From the IMG/VR virus record IMGVR_UViG_3300029911_000006: a stretch of 29,042 nt of DNA. The stretch is one strand, 5' to 3'. Position 1 is the first letter of the stretch. Every line of letters begins with the position of its first letter. The notes under the pieces are model-generated. The model had not been told where the DNA came from, ran no database searches, and worked only from the letters and a program-made list of their open reading frames with translations. Positions 13,722-22,247 of the stretch are shown in pieces. Origin of the DNA: a virus. Its lineage: Duplodnaviria > Heunggongvirae > Uroviricota > Caudoviricetes. Position numbers and translations under genes: made by a program.

Positions 13722-14396
13722 ATGGAGACGGGAACCCCAGAAGCGTTGATGGCACGGGATTTCGAGAGCATGTTCGCTCCCGCTGACCTGCACCCGGACT
13801 TGGCCGCATACCTCGTCAAGGGGCCACCCTTCGACATGCTGCAACATCCGTTGGTCTACTCTGTACCATATCACGAAGTGATGAACAATCACCACAACCA
13901 ACGGTACGAAATGTTGAAGGCCGATGCGGAGAAAGCTTTGAAGGAAGGACGAGCATTCCATTACGTCTTCCAGTACGAGCGCCCGTATCGGCTTAACGCT
14001 CTGTGTGATTATCTCGACAGGAAGACCCTCAAGGACGGGGACTACTGGGACCTGCTGGGGGCGGTGTGGACGGATTCGGAAAATTGCTGGCAGAACCTAG
14101 AAATCTGGAAGCGGTTGCTGAGGTCGAAGCGGAGCCAGAAGTTCCGCTTCATGGATGAGACAGAGCGGAAGGCCCTGAAGGAACTCCCGGCTGAGTTTAC
14201 CGTATACCGTGGATGCGTTCGCGGTCTGAATGAAGAGGGGTTGTCGTGGACGCTCAATAAAGACAAAGCTGAATGGTTCTCCCAGCGATGGAGAAGGAAA
14301 GACGAGACCGCAATCGTACTCACGAAGACCGTGAGCCGGAAGCAAGTGTTCGCCTATCTGTTAGGACGTGGGGAAAGTGAAGTGATTATACTCTGA
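13722..14396 (+). CDS. hypothetical W-rich protein, 224 aa (lone plus-strand gene)
   Basis: ORF track; fills a 730-nt gap that has no plausible minus-strand ORF; its 3' end overlaps the convergent 14386-15885 gene by 11 nt. Confidence 0.45.
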   Translation: METGTPEALMARDFESMFAPADLHPDLAAYLVKGPPFDMLQHPLVYSVPYHEVMNNHHNQRYEMLKADAEKALKEGRAFHYVFQYERPYRLNALCDYLDRKTLKDGDYWDLLGAVWTDSENCWQNLEIWKRLLRSKRSQKFRFMDETERKALKELPAEFTVYRGCVRGLNEEGLSWTLNKDKAEWFSQRWRRKDETAIVLTKTVSRKQVFAYLLGRGESEVIIL

Positions 14397-15885
14397 CCAG
14401 CTTGCCCGTGAGTTCCAAGCCGGGGAGAGCCGCCTTAATCTTGAGAGCCATCGCACGCGAGTAGAGGACAGCCTTAGCCTTGTTGGTGGTAAGGTGAATC
14501 TTACCGCCCTTATTGTCCACGCCGGAGACGTAAGCCACTGACGCCTTCTTGAGCTTGGTTGCATCCACCTGAATGGCGTACTTCATCGAAGCATACTTCG
14601 CTTCGAACTTCGGCCACACATCGCCCAGCATTACACTGCCGTCCGGGGACTGGCGAGAGTAGAAGAGAGCGAAGTCAGCGGCCTTACCGTCATCCACCTT
14701 TTGAACATTGTGTGCCCACATCTTGGCGTTATCCATAACTGACTTACGCCGTTCCGCGTCCGGCTTGATGTCATTCTGGCGACGGTCGAAGTCGAACAGA
14801 CCACCATACTTCTTGGCCTCAGCAACTTCCTTATCGAAGAAGGACTTGATGAAGTCCTGCAACATCTGCTCGTAACTTGCGTCAGCGGAGAGTGTGCTTT
14901 CGATGCTGTCCAGCCCAGCCCAGAAGGATTCAGCCTCATCCCCCTGAAGGTGCTTGGTAGCGTTGGCCGGGGAGATGAGAACCACGTCGTTCCCACTCGC
15001 TTCATAGTCGTACTGCTTCGGTGCGGTGGTGGACATGTCGAAGGCAAGCTTGGGTTTCTTTTTGCGAAGGAGGGCGTTCTTGGTATGAGCGAGTACGCCC
15101 ATCTCTTTGAGAGGGCCAGCCTTGTCTTCTTCGGTGAACTCGCGGTCGTGCTTGACTGGCGTCGGATGCAGGTTGCTCAGAGTCTGCCACAGTTCTTCGG
15201 AGTCCTGTCCCTGCTGTACCAACTCTCCGCCGCGTTCGACAAGGAAATAGGGCTCAGGACCTTCGTGAATCATGACCTGAATGTCGGACTTGATGGGGTG
15301 GCAGTACACGGTGTCTTCCCACTCAGTGTCGGCTTCCTCGTCAATCACGTAACCCAGCTTTTTCAGGATGTCAACCCACTGGTCTTCGGCAAAGACAGCG
15401 GTCTTGGCGGATGCGGTCTGCTCGATGCCCATGGTTTTGAGCAACTCGGCGTCATGGACGGTGGGCTCGTACATATCCTTCGGCGGCTGGGGTTCACCCT
15501 TCTCCGTACCAGCCTGATAGATGTAGCCGTCATCGCCGACGTAGAGGTCTACGTTGCCAAACTTCTCGGATACCTTGGTAAGCTCGTCGCCATGCTTCGG
15601 CCAGTCGCCATCCCAAAAACCGGCACCGTGACCGACGCGGGTGAGCCAGAAGTCGTGACCGGCCTGATGTAGTCCCTCGCCTTCATCTTCAATCAGGGCT
15701 CCGCACTGTTGCTGGAACTCCTGACAATCCTTCACCATAGCCTCAAGGGACTCAGGGGCGATGTCGTCAAGGCTGTATTTGTCGAGGGGCTGGTCTTGGT
15801 CGTCGGTCGATGACCACAGGGCGGCTTCGATGTAAGCACTGGTGAACTCATCCAGATTGGGGGAGGCTACTTTTGACTGGGACAT
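14386..15885 (-). CDS. hypothetical acidic protein, 499 aa
   Basis: ORF track; AGGAAG RBS 6 nt upstream. Confidence 0.7.
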   Translation of the reverse strand: MSQSKVASPNLDEFTSAYIEAALWSSTDDQDQPLDKYSLDDIAPESLEAMVKDCQEFQQQCGALIEDEGEGLHQAGHDFWLTRVGHGAGFWDGDWPKHGDELTKVSEKFGNVDLYVGDDGYIYQAGTEKGEPQPPKDMYEPTVHDAELLKTMGIEQTASAKTAVFAEDQWVDILKKLGYVIDEEADTEWEDTVYCHPIKSDIQVMIHEGPEPYFLVERGGELVQQGQDSEELWQTLSNLHPTPVKHDREFTEEDKAGPLKEMGVLAHTKNALLRKKKPKLAFDMSTTAPKQYDYEASGNDVVLISPANATKHLQGDEAESFWAGLDSIESTLSADASYEQMLQDFIKSFFDKEVAEAKKYGGLFDFDRRQNDIKPDAERRKSVMDNAKMWAHNVQKVDDGKAADFALFYSRQSPDGSVMLGDVWPKFEAKYASMKYAIQVDATKLKKASVAYVSGVDNKGGKIHLTTNKAKAVLYSRAMALKIKAALPGLELTGKLVRV

Positions 15886-16097
15886 TGGGCTTCCTTATAG
15901 AGAAAAATACGTCTATAAAGGGAGCCCGAAGCTACTTTTTCTCTACGAGATGATTGAATGCCCCGCCAGTCGGAGGTTGCGACAACGCACGTGTAGGCGT
16001 TGACTCTCACGATGGAGAGACGGGTGGTCTCAGGGTCTGGATGCGGTTCCAGTACAACTGGAACTACGTATGCGTGGCTGTTGCTATCTGCCATAAC

Positions 16098-16439
16098 TCA
16101 CTTCACTTTCTTGGGGAGAAACTTGATGGTGACTTCAACGTCGTCACCCTCCTCAGCGGCCTCTTCAGTCGCACGGGATACCGCCAACGTCATAGACGGT
16201 GCATTACCCAGTAACGTCGATGAGGAGTCGTAGCTTTGAATGTCTATAGTCCCGCCGTCTTTGTTCTTACTCACAATCCAAACCTTGTAAGGGATGGTGA
16301 TGACTTCGGGAGGAGCCGGGGCTACATTGTTGGAGTTGGTTATGCTGGGTCTCAACACGGCGTAACCGAACTCAAATGCACTCAGGCAGAGGACAAGGAA
16401 TACAGGCACGCCAATCGCCATGTACTTTACTCTAATCAT
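16098..16439 (-). CDS. membrane-anchored or secreted hypothetical protein, 113 aa
   Basis: ORF track; hydrophobic N-terminus; AAGGAG RBS. Confidence 0.55.
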   Translation of the reverse strand: MIRVKYMAIGVPVFLVLCLSAFEFGYAVLRPSITNSNNVAPAPPEVITIPYKVWIVSKNKDGGTIDIQSYDSSSTLLGNAPSMTLAVSRATEEAAEEGDDVEVTIKFLPKKVK

Positions 16440-16479
16440 GAATGTCTCCTTGACAGGAGTCTATCATAAAAGTTGGAGT

Positions 16480-16508
16480 TTTCTACAAATTAGTTTCACC
16501 CAAGTCAA
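16480..16508 (-). promoter_or_regulatory. sigma70-like promoter TTGACT-N17-TAGAAA upstream of the 16098-16439 gene
   Basis: -35 at 16503-16508 and -10 at 16480-16485 on minus, inside a 283-nt intergenic region. Confidence 0.35.
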
Positions 16509-16722
16509 CCCCACACCAGTACAGAGTTGCAGCCGGGTGTTCTTCGGTTGCGTACTCTACTGTAATCGTAGAGGGTGGAAGGGGGTTCTGACATGAGAGC
16601 CAATAACCGTCATGCTGGGTGTACGTGTTGCTCCTGTCATCGGTCACTGAGGGCTTCCTCCGCGTCTACTAGGAAGTAGTCGCTAGGGGGAGGCCCAGCC
16701 GCGTTGATGACAACGAGATAGC

Positions 16723-17688
16723 TCACTTGACAAGTGCCTTCTTTACATTGGCTTTGAATTCCTCGAACAGGGGTTCAGGCTCAGGTTTGTTTTTCAAGTT
16801 CAAGGTGTTGATTTTGTCCTTCATGCTTCTCATCTGTTCCAAATCCGATTCGAATAGTCCCTTGCGACCGGGATTGAGAGAAGAAGCAAGAGCGTGGAAC
16901 TTGAGAGCAACTTCGGCCTGTTCCGATTTCACGATGAGCAAGGGGGCAACCAACTTAGCTACCTCCGCTGCTGCTGCGTGACTCCACACTAATGCCCATG
17001 CTGTCGCATGTTTGTCGGTCGCCTTGCGAGTCTGCATCACAGAGCCCCCGAATCTAGCCTGAATGGTTTCTAACAACCCCTTGTTGGTGTTGTAGACATA
17101 GCTCCTAAGGTAGTAGGACTCTTTACGCTTTTCTTCCCTCTTCACAATGGTTATGGAGCCCTCTGCATCAATCATAGCGGCCAGATAAGCCGAAGTCATT
17201 TGAGAAGCTACCTCCGCATTTATGCCACGAAGCTTCAACCAACCAATCTCTCTCTGAGAGAGGGCCGGTGGAGGGGGGTCTCCCGGAGACCAAGGGTTAA
17301 TATGGTCAGCGAGGTTGTTGAAGGACTTGCTACGATACCCGGTGGATACCCATATACCCATTTGGAGGGCGTTCAATAGATTCCATATAGCTTGGGGGAG
17401 ATGGGCTTCTGAACGGTCGCCTTCTCTGTAACGTTCGATGTGACGAAGGGCTGAACCTAATAGGTCGCCAATTTTCATCCCATTTTCCCAGTTGCGGTCG
17501 TCCCCATTTCCAGTCTTGCTCCGACCTTTATTACCAGCCTCATAAATACAGCTAACAAGGGCTAAAGCCTGACTAGGCATCCACTCGGGGGCACCCTTAC
17601 CTGTACGACTGTCACGTTGAGCACCACCTTCGTAAATGGTCTCACCAGCAGCACTCTTCTTGAACCCTACATCTAAAGTATCGCTCAT
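16723..17688 (-). CDS. 321-aa protein: unknown N-terminal domain fused to a C-terminal LAGLIDADG-type homing-endonuclease-like domain
   Basis: YLAAMIDAEGSITIV motif at about residue 170, followed by about 110 residues of the expected size, including LLETIQARFGGSV. Confidence 0.55.
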   Translation of the reverse strand: MSDTLDVGFKKSAAGETIYEGGAQRDSRTGKGAPEWMPSQALALVSCIYEAGNKGRSKTGNGDDRNWENGMKIGDLLGSALRHIERYREGDRSEAHLPQAIWNLLNALQMGIWVSTGYRSKSFNNLADHINPWSPGDPPPPALSQREIGWLKLRGINAEVASQMTSAYLAAMIDAEGSITIVKREEKRKESYYLRSYVYNTNKGLLETIQARFGGSVMQTRKATDKHATAWALVWSHAAAAEVAKLVAPLLIVKSEQAEVALKFHALASSLNPGRKGLFESDLEQMRSMKDKINTLNLKNKPEPEPLFEEFKANVKKALVK

Positions 17689-17700
17689 GCAGGATAATAC

Positions 17701-18156
17701 TTACTTCTGGTGGATAAGAATCGTACCATTCTGCACTTCGATGACGGGATTGGTAATGACCGTGGAACCAGTGGAGGCAACTGGGGCTGAAGTTACTGCT
17801 ACCGGGGTCTTAGCGGCCTGTACGGGGATTGCCATCTTCTGCACGGCGACGATGTAGCGACTGCCGCTGTCCGATGAGATAGGAGTCCAGAAGTAGTCTC
17901 GGTACTGTACCTTGACTTCGTACTGCCCGTTGAGAGCATCCTTCAACTGAGCGTACACTGCGTCGTCGGTGACCGTGCCATTCAGAGGCGTGGTGGAGAA
18001 GGAGCCGGAGCCGCCGTTCATGCCGCCACGGACAATCTCAACTTCGTTGGTCGTGTTGAGTACGCCTTCCTGCGATACCTTGATGACAGAGCCGACCTTC
18101 TCGCCGTTGCCGACAAGATGGGTGCAGCCAGTGAGGGCGAGGGCGGACGTGAGCAA
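17701..18156 (-). CDS. putative lipoprotein (LALTGC lipobox); the true N-terminus probably starts at ATG 18184 in another frame
   Basis: Track ORF starts at TTG 18156. A strong AGGAG-ATG at 18184 encodes MNRRIATSSIA in the -1 frame, which would complete a signal peptide. Confidence 0.5.
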   Translation of the reverse strand: MLTSALALTGCTHLVGNGEKVGSVIKVSQEGVLNTTNEVEIVRGGMNGGSGSFSTTPLNGTVTDDAVYAQLKDALNGQYEVKVQYRDYFWTPISSDSGSRYIVAVQKMAIPVQAAKTPVAVTSAPVASTGSTVITNPVIEVQNGTILIHQK

Positions 18157-18185
18157 TACTGCTTGTTGCGATGCGACGGTTCATG

Positions 18186-18401
18186 TTATCTCCTGTATTC
18201 GACAGCGGTCAGGTAGTACCGGCTGTCATCGAAATCCTTGACGTTCCCGATTTGCGTGTTGGGGCTAACCTCCGATGAGACCTGTGCTTGGTGTGGGAGT
18301 CCCTTCCTTTCAAGGTAACCCCGCACCGCATACAGAATCTCATCCTCAGCCACAGTACACATCGGGACTTCAACTTCGAGCGTGATTCGTTTGACCTTCA
18401 T
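18186..18401 (-). CDS. hypothetical protein, 71 aa
   Basis: ORF track; AAGGAA RBS. Confidence 0.4.
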   Translation of the reverse strand: MKVKRITLEVEVPMCTVAEDEILYAVRGYLERKGLPHQAQVSSEVSPNTQIGNVKDFDDSRYYLTAVEYRR

Positions 18402-19026
18402 GAATTTCCTTTTGGTGTTGAACCAACCGTTTAGCCCAAGCTAGGAACTCCACCACTGTCATGGTGCTCTTCGCTATGTTACAGAACTTGCAACAACTGA
18501 CCACGTTATCAACGGAATATGCTCCCTCGCTATCAATTCGGTCGAGCCCATTGATAACTATCCAAGCCTTATCCCATCTCTCTCTACTTACCTCAGTCAC
18601 CCCTCCAGCCGCTCTACCCCCGTTATGGAAAATTTTACCGTTGTACCTTTGACAGGGGGCTGAACCACAGTACCCACAATCTCTGTATATAAACCCACAG
18701 AAATCGTCAAGGGTTATATCGAACCGGATACCTCTAGTCTTAGCAGAGGATTTTGTACGGGAGAAAAGGTACGTTTCTGACGCTTGGGCTGGTGCGTGGG
18801 TGGGTTTAACCCCGTAAGCGCGATCTTTGTACCGCATACACCCACATGACTTCCGACGACCCGTAACTATGTTTCCTGTGGCTTCTTCAAAAGTGACGCC
18901 ACAGACACAGCTACATACCCATAGTTGCCGGAGATGCCCACCCTTACTTTCCCTTTTACCCCCCTTAGTCAGCACGTCAAAATGACCGTGCTTTGTGGCG
19001 GTTAAATCAATAAACTCCCTTTTCAT
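18370..19026 (-). CDS. HNH homing endonuclease (second copy, different subfamily)
   Basis: NGLDRIDSEGAYSVDNVVSCCKFCNIAKSTM HNH/AP2-type motif; AT-rich; GAGGT RBS. Confidence 0.75.
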   Translation of the reverse strand: MKREFIDLTATKHGHFDVLTKGGKRESKGGHLRQLWVCSCVCGVTFEEATGNIVTGRRKSCGCMRYKDRAYGVKPTHAPAQASETYLFSRTKSSAKTRGIRFDITLDDFCGFIYRDCGYCGSAPCQRYNGKIFHNGGRAAGGVTEVSRERWDKAWIVINGLDRIDSEGAYSVDNVVSCCKFCNIAKSTMTVVEFLAWAKRLVQHQKEIHEGQTNHARS

Positions 19027-19028
19027 GT

Positions 19029-19072
19029 GTACCTCGAATATGGCATTCTTACTAACTAATAAAGAATGCCAT
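19029..19072 (-). promoter_or_regulatory. perfect 16-bp inverted repeat (CGAATATGGCATTCTT / AAGAATGCCATATTCG, 12-nt loop) directly upstream of the HNH RBS
   Basis: Seen directly in the sequence; no U-tract follows it, so it is not a simple terminator. Confidence 0.5.
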
Positions 19073-19083
19073 ATTCGTAAAAC

Positions 19084-19668
19084 TTACTTACGTAGATTAA
19101 GTGCATCTGCTTTATGCGTATTAAAATCCTGTTGTGTCTTGTCCGAGGTCAGGATAGCATACTTGTCTTCGGCACCATCAGGCACACCGCACTGGATGTG
19201 AGGGTAGCTACCGATGGTGTTATAGAACCGGCCAGAGGTCGTCGCCTTCAGCATGAGACCATAGCTCTGCTTCTCGCTGATAAGTTTCGTCTGCGAGGCT
19301 TCGAAGGTCGAGTGGAAGGACTCAATCTGCTCCTGCACCTTGCGGTACAGAGAGGCATCAATCTGCGGGTTGGATTCCTTGATGAACTGAAGCGTAGCCT
19401 GAGAGCCGTTGGCTCCGTAGCGGCCAGTCAGGGCACCCTGCCAGACCTTCTGCATGTCGTCACGGTAGTTCTCCGGCACCTGTGCCGTCTCCATGACTTG
19501 CTTCCAGCCGTTGTCGTAGACGTTCTTCATCTGTTGATACTGGGCCGGGATGTCCACTTCGAAGTGGTTGGCGTCGTTCGAGAAGCTGATGTAGCCGCCG
19601 ACTAGCATGACGCCAAACAGGACGAACACGCCGACGATAGACAGGACGATGATAGTTCCCTTCTTCAT
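19084..19668 (-). CDS. membrane-anchored hypothetical protein (194 aa from MKKGTIIVLSIVGVFVLF)
   Basis: Internal ATG of track ORF 19084-19749 with a strong AGGAG RBS 7 nt upstream; one N-terminal TM helix. Confidence 0.55.
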   Translation of the reverse strand: MKKGTIIVLSIVGVFVLFGVMLVGGYISFSNDANHFEVDIPAQYQQMKNVYDNGWKQVMETAQVPENYRDDMQKVWQGALTGRYGANGSQATLQFIKESNPQIDASLYRKVQEQIESFHSTFEASQTKLISEKQSYGLMLKATTSGRFYNTIGSYPHIQCGVPDGAEDKYAILTSDKTQQDFNTHKADALNLRK

Positions 19669-19678
19669 TTTGAATCTC

Positions 19679-20797
19679 CTAGTACCGCGAGTTGTACGAT
19701 GACGAGTCATCGGTGATGTCGTTTTTGACTGACCATATAGCCAGCCCAATGCTGAGCAGCACGGAAATGATAAAGCTGACCCACAGCGAAGTTCCTGAAG
19801 GCTGGAAGCTACGCATGAGGTACTTCATATCCTTCATGTGCATCCTCACGAACTTGTTCTGCACCGTGGTTGCGATGGTCTTGACAATCGCGTCCCGCTG
19901 GTCGAGTGTGCCGATTTCCTCGATGCTATCCTTGAGAACAATCTTCAGGTCGGAGTTGGTAGACCACGACATTACATCGGCGAACTCCACCTTGTGACCA
20001 TCCTTCGACCCGATGACAACCGTCACGTCGTTCTTCTTGCCGCCCATCCACTTATCCTTGAGGGCCAGCATATACGAGGCGTCGTCGGTGGGGACGAAGA
20101 TGAGTATGACGTTGACCTGCTTGGACGGGCCGAGCAACTTGTTCACGTTGTTCGCCAACAGCCAGTTCCACGTATTCATGTCGATGTTGGGCACGCCCAT
20201 GTTCACCACAGCGTCGTGGCTGTAATAGTCGTACACCGTGTCCGGGTATGGGGGCAGCATCGCGGCGAACTTCACCACGTCGCCCTTAGTGCCGAGCAGA
20301 ACGCTGTCGGGGTTGGCACGGATGTAGTTCGTGAAGGTGTGCTGAGAAGAAAAGGGCTGGCCGGGGTAAACGGCGTCCCAACGCTTGGGCTCGATGAGGC
20401 CCTGACGGTCTTCGCGGTCGATGTCGATGGCCTCTCCGGTCGTGGCATGGACTGTCCAGTCCACGTCGAACGCATGTTCATAGCACGTCGAGCAGTGGCG
20501 GTTGCCCTTGCTGTCAGTGTAGCAGTTGCAGTCGTAGGAGTGAGAGCACGACACAACATCGCGTGTGCGGGAGGTCACCTGACCGTTCCAAATCTCAGTG
20601 TCCGTGGTACTGGAGTTGTAGGCCACCGCGAGACAAATGCCGACGCACACCGCGACGACGCCTAGCTGCCCGAGAAACTCATAGATGGTCACCTTGCCCT
20701 TGAAGAAGAACAAAGCACCCAACGCGATGATGAGAGGAACGCACATCAGCATCAGAAAATCAAGCATTGGAGTCCGCTTTCTTGGTTGTATCGTCAT
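19679..20797 (-). CDS. membrane protein with N- and C-terminal TM segments, 372 aa
   Basis: ORF track. Confidence 0.55.
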   Translation of the reverse strand: MTIQPRKRTPMLDFLMLMCVPLIIALGALFFFKGKVTIYEFLGQLGVVAVCVGICLAVAYNSSTTDTEIWNGQVTSRTRDVVSCSHSYDCNCYTDSKGNRHCSTCYEHAFDVDWTVHATTGEAIDIDREDRQGLIEPKRWDAVYPGQPFSSQHTFTNYIRANPDSVLLGTKGDVVKFAAMLPPYPDTVYDYYSHDAVVNMGVPNIDMNTWNWLLANNVNKLLGPSKQVNVILIFVPTDDASYMLALKDKWMGGKKNDVTVVIGSKDGHKVEFADVMSWSTNSDLKIVLKDSIEEIGTLDQRDAIVKTIATTVQNKFVRMHMKDMKYLMRSFQPSGTSLWVSFIISVLLSIGLAIWSVKNDITDDSSSYNSRY

Positions 20798-20804
20798 TCT
20801 CCCA

Positions 20805-21068
20805 ATGACGGGGAATCATGTCCCGCAGATAGCTACGCTTGCGGGTGAAGATCGGGGTCTTCTCGTCAATCTGCCAAGTGCCTCGCTGGAGGACGGCAAG
20901 GGCAAGAGGGAGGGCTACGTTGCGTGCATCAAGAGCCTCAATCGAGGATACGAACTTAACAACGTTCAATGGGTCTACAAACCCATCAATAACATGAAGT
21001 GGAAGCTACCACAAGACGAGTTCACTCGCCTTTGTCGCTTGGTGGTGGCTAATTCAAGTCAGCGATGA
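20805..21068 (+). CDS. possible small plus-strand protein (87 aa, MTGNHVPQIATLAGEDRG...)
   Basis: Fills a 250-nt gap; the alternative minus-strand ORF 20760-20969 starts at TTG and overlaps its neighbour; no RBS. Confidence 0.25.
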   Translation: MTGNHVPQIATLAGEDRGLLVNLPSASLEDGKGKREGYVACIKSLNRGYELNNVQWVYKPINNMKWKLPQDEFTRLCRLVVANSSQR

Positions 21069-21279
21069 GACGATGGCAGGGGTAACCCTTGTACGTGCTG
21101 GAGTAAATAAACTTGTCCAGTTCAGCCGGGGGCGTGAGTTCCACAACACCTTTGGATAGACGGGCAATTCCATGGTTAGGGGGGACGGACGCTACTCTAC
21201 TGCCCTTCTTCCCGGCCTTGGTGTAAATGTACGGCACTTCATTCTGAACGATGATAGCCCCTGCTCTCAGTTGTGTCAT
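21049..21279 (-). CDS. hypothetical protein (77 aa from MTQLRAGAI)
   Basis: Internal ATG of track ORF 21049-21444 with an AGGAAG RBS; a TTGTCC-N19-GGTATACT promoter-like element lies 27 nt upstream. Confidence 0.45.
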   Translation of the reverse strand: MTQLRAGAIIVQNEVPYIYTKAGKKGSRVASVPPNHGIARLSKGVVELTPPAELDKFIYSSTYKGYPCHRLIADLN

Positions 21280-21320
21280 TGTCTTCCTTTCATGGCTCAC
21301 CCTCTTGTCGATACACACTG

Positions 21321-21351
21321 AGTATACCGGACAAGAGGGCGTTTTGGACAA
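21321..21351 (-). promoter_or_regulatory. promoter-like element TTGTCC-N19-GGTATACT
   Basis: -10 at 21321-21326 and -35 at 21346-21351 on minus. Confidence 0.35.
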
Positions 21352-21365
21352 CATTTTGAAATATT

Positions 21366-22244
21366 TTAGAGTTCCCTGAACTCCCGCTTCAATTGGGCCA
21401 CGAACGCCATGAAATTCGGGGTCAAAGTGATGTCCGGATGCCACGCAAGGTCAAGGTCAATCAGGTTATAGCTCTTGACAATGTGGGTGCCGGGGATGTT
21501 AGTCCCGTCCGGGTTCTTGTCATGGCCGAGCATCCATACCGTATCCGCAACTGCACACCCCGCCGTCACATCGTGAGTGACGATGATGATGGTGTTAAGT
21601 TCATCAAGATTTGCTATCTTCTGAATGAGTTGAGCCGCCTTCTCCAGTGCGATGGGATCGAGACCAGAGAATGGCTCGTCCATCAAAATGAAGTGGTTAT
21701 TGCACAGAACCTGCTGGATGATGGCGATGCGTTGACGCTGACCACCGGATAAGCTGGCCGGGTAGTCATTGACCTTATCAGCCAACTCGAACTCTGTGAG
21801 GTAGGCCATGATTTCATCATGAGCCTGTGCGGTCGTCTTGCCGTTACGCTTCGCCGCCAGCATCAGGTTGCCCATGACAGTGCGGTGAGGGAACAGCGGG
21901 TAGCTCTGAGCCACAACACCAACGTCTCCCGCATGAACCGCACAACGTTCCTTGGTGCATCCTTCCCGACCGCAGTTGCAGTTGTTGATGTAGACGATAC
22001 CGCTGTTGGGTTTGTTGAGTCCAGCAATGGTGCGGAACAGTTGAGTCTTACCATAACCTGAAGGCCCGAGGAGAGCGACTACTTGGCCTTTGACGAAGGG
22101 CTTACCCGTGGACGGGTCGATGTGTGTGCATTTGATGTCTTTAATGTTTGCATTGACGTTGACCAGCACTGGGTGGTCGTAAGACACGTTGATATTCTCG
22201 ATGGTCAGTAGTGCCTGACCGAGTGTGTAGTCCATGCTTGACAT
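21366..22244 (-). CDS. ABC transporter ATP-binding protein (NitT/TauT-like), with a Cys-rich insert after the Walker A motif
   Basis: GPSGYGKT Walker A, LSGGQRQR signature, ILMDEP Walker B, THD H-loop; insert NNCNCGREGCTKERC. Confidence 0.85.
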   Translation of the reverse strand: MSSMDYTLGQALLTIENINVSYDHPVLVNVNANIKDIKCTHIDPSTGKPFVKGQVVALLGPSGYGKTQLFRTIAGLNKPNSGIVYINNCNCGREGCTKERCAVHAGDVGVVAQSYPLFPHRTVMGNLMLAAKRNGKTTAQAHDEIMAYLTEFELADKVNDYPASLSGGQRQRIAIIQQVLCNNHFILMDEPFSGLDPIALEKAAQLIQKIANLDELNTIIIVTHDVTAGCAVADTVWMLGHDKNPDGTNIPGTHIVKSYNLIDLDLAWHPDITLTPNFMAFVAQLKREFREL

Positions 22245-22247
22245 ATA

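Noticed and set aside
16040-16058. Hairpin GTTCCAG-TACAA-CTGGAAC as an intrinsic terminator for gene 16098-16439
   Set aside because: It has a perfect stem but no U-tract after it on the transcribed strand, so it is reported only as a structured element.
20760-20969. Minus-strand ORF (69 aa, TTG start) in the gap between 20797 and 21049
   Set aside because: It starts at TTG and overlaps the start of the 19679-20797 gene by 38 nt. The plus-strand ORF 20805-21068 is slightly preferred, but neither is well supported.
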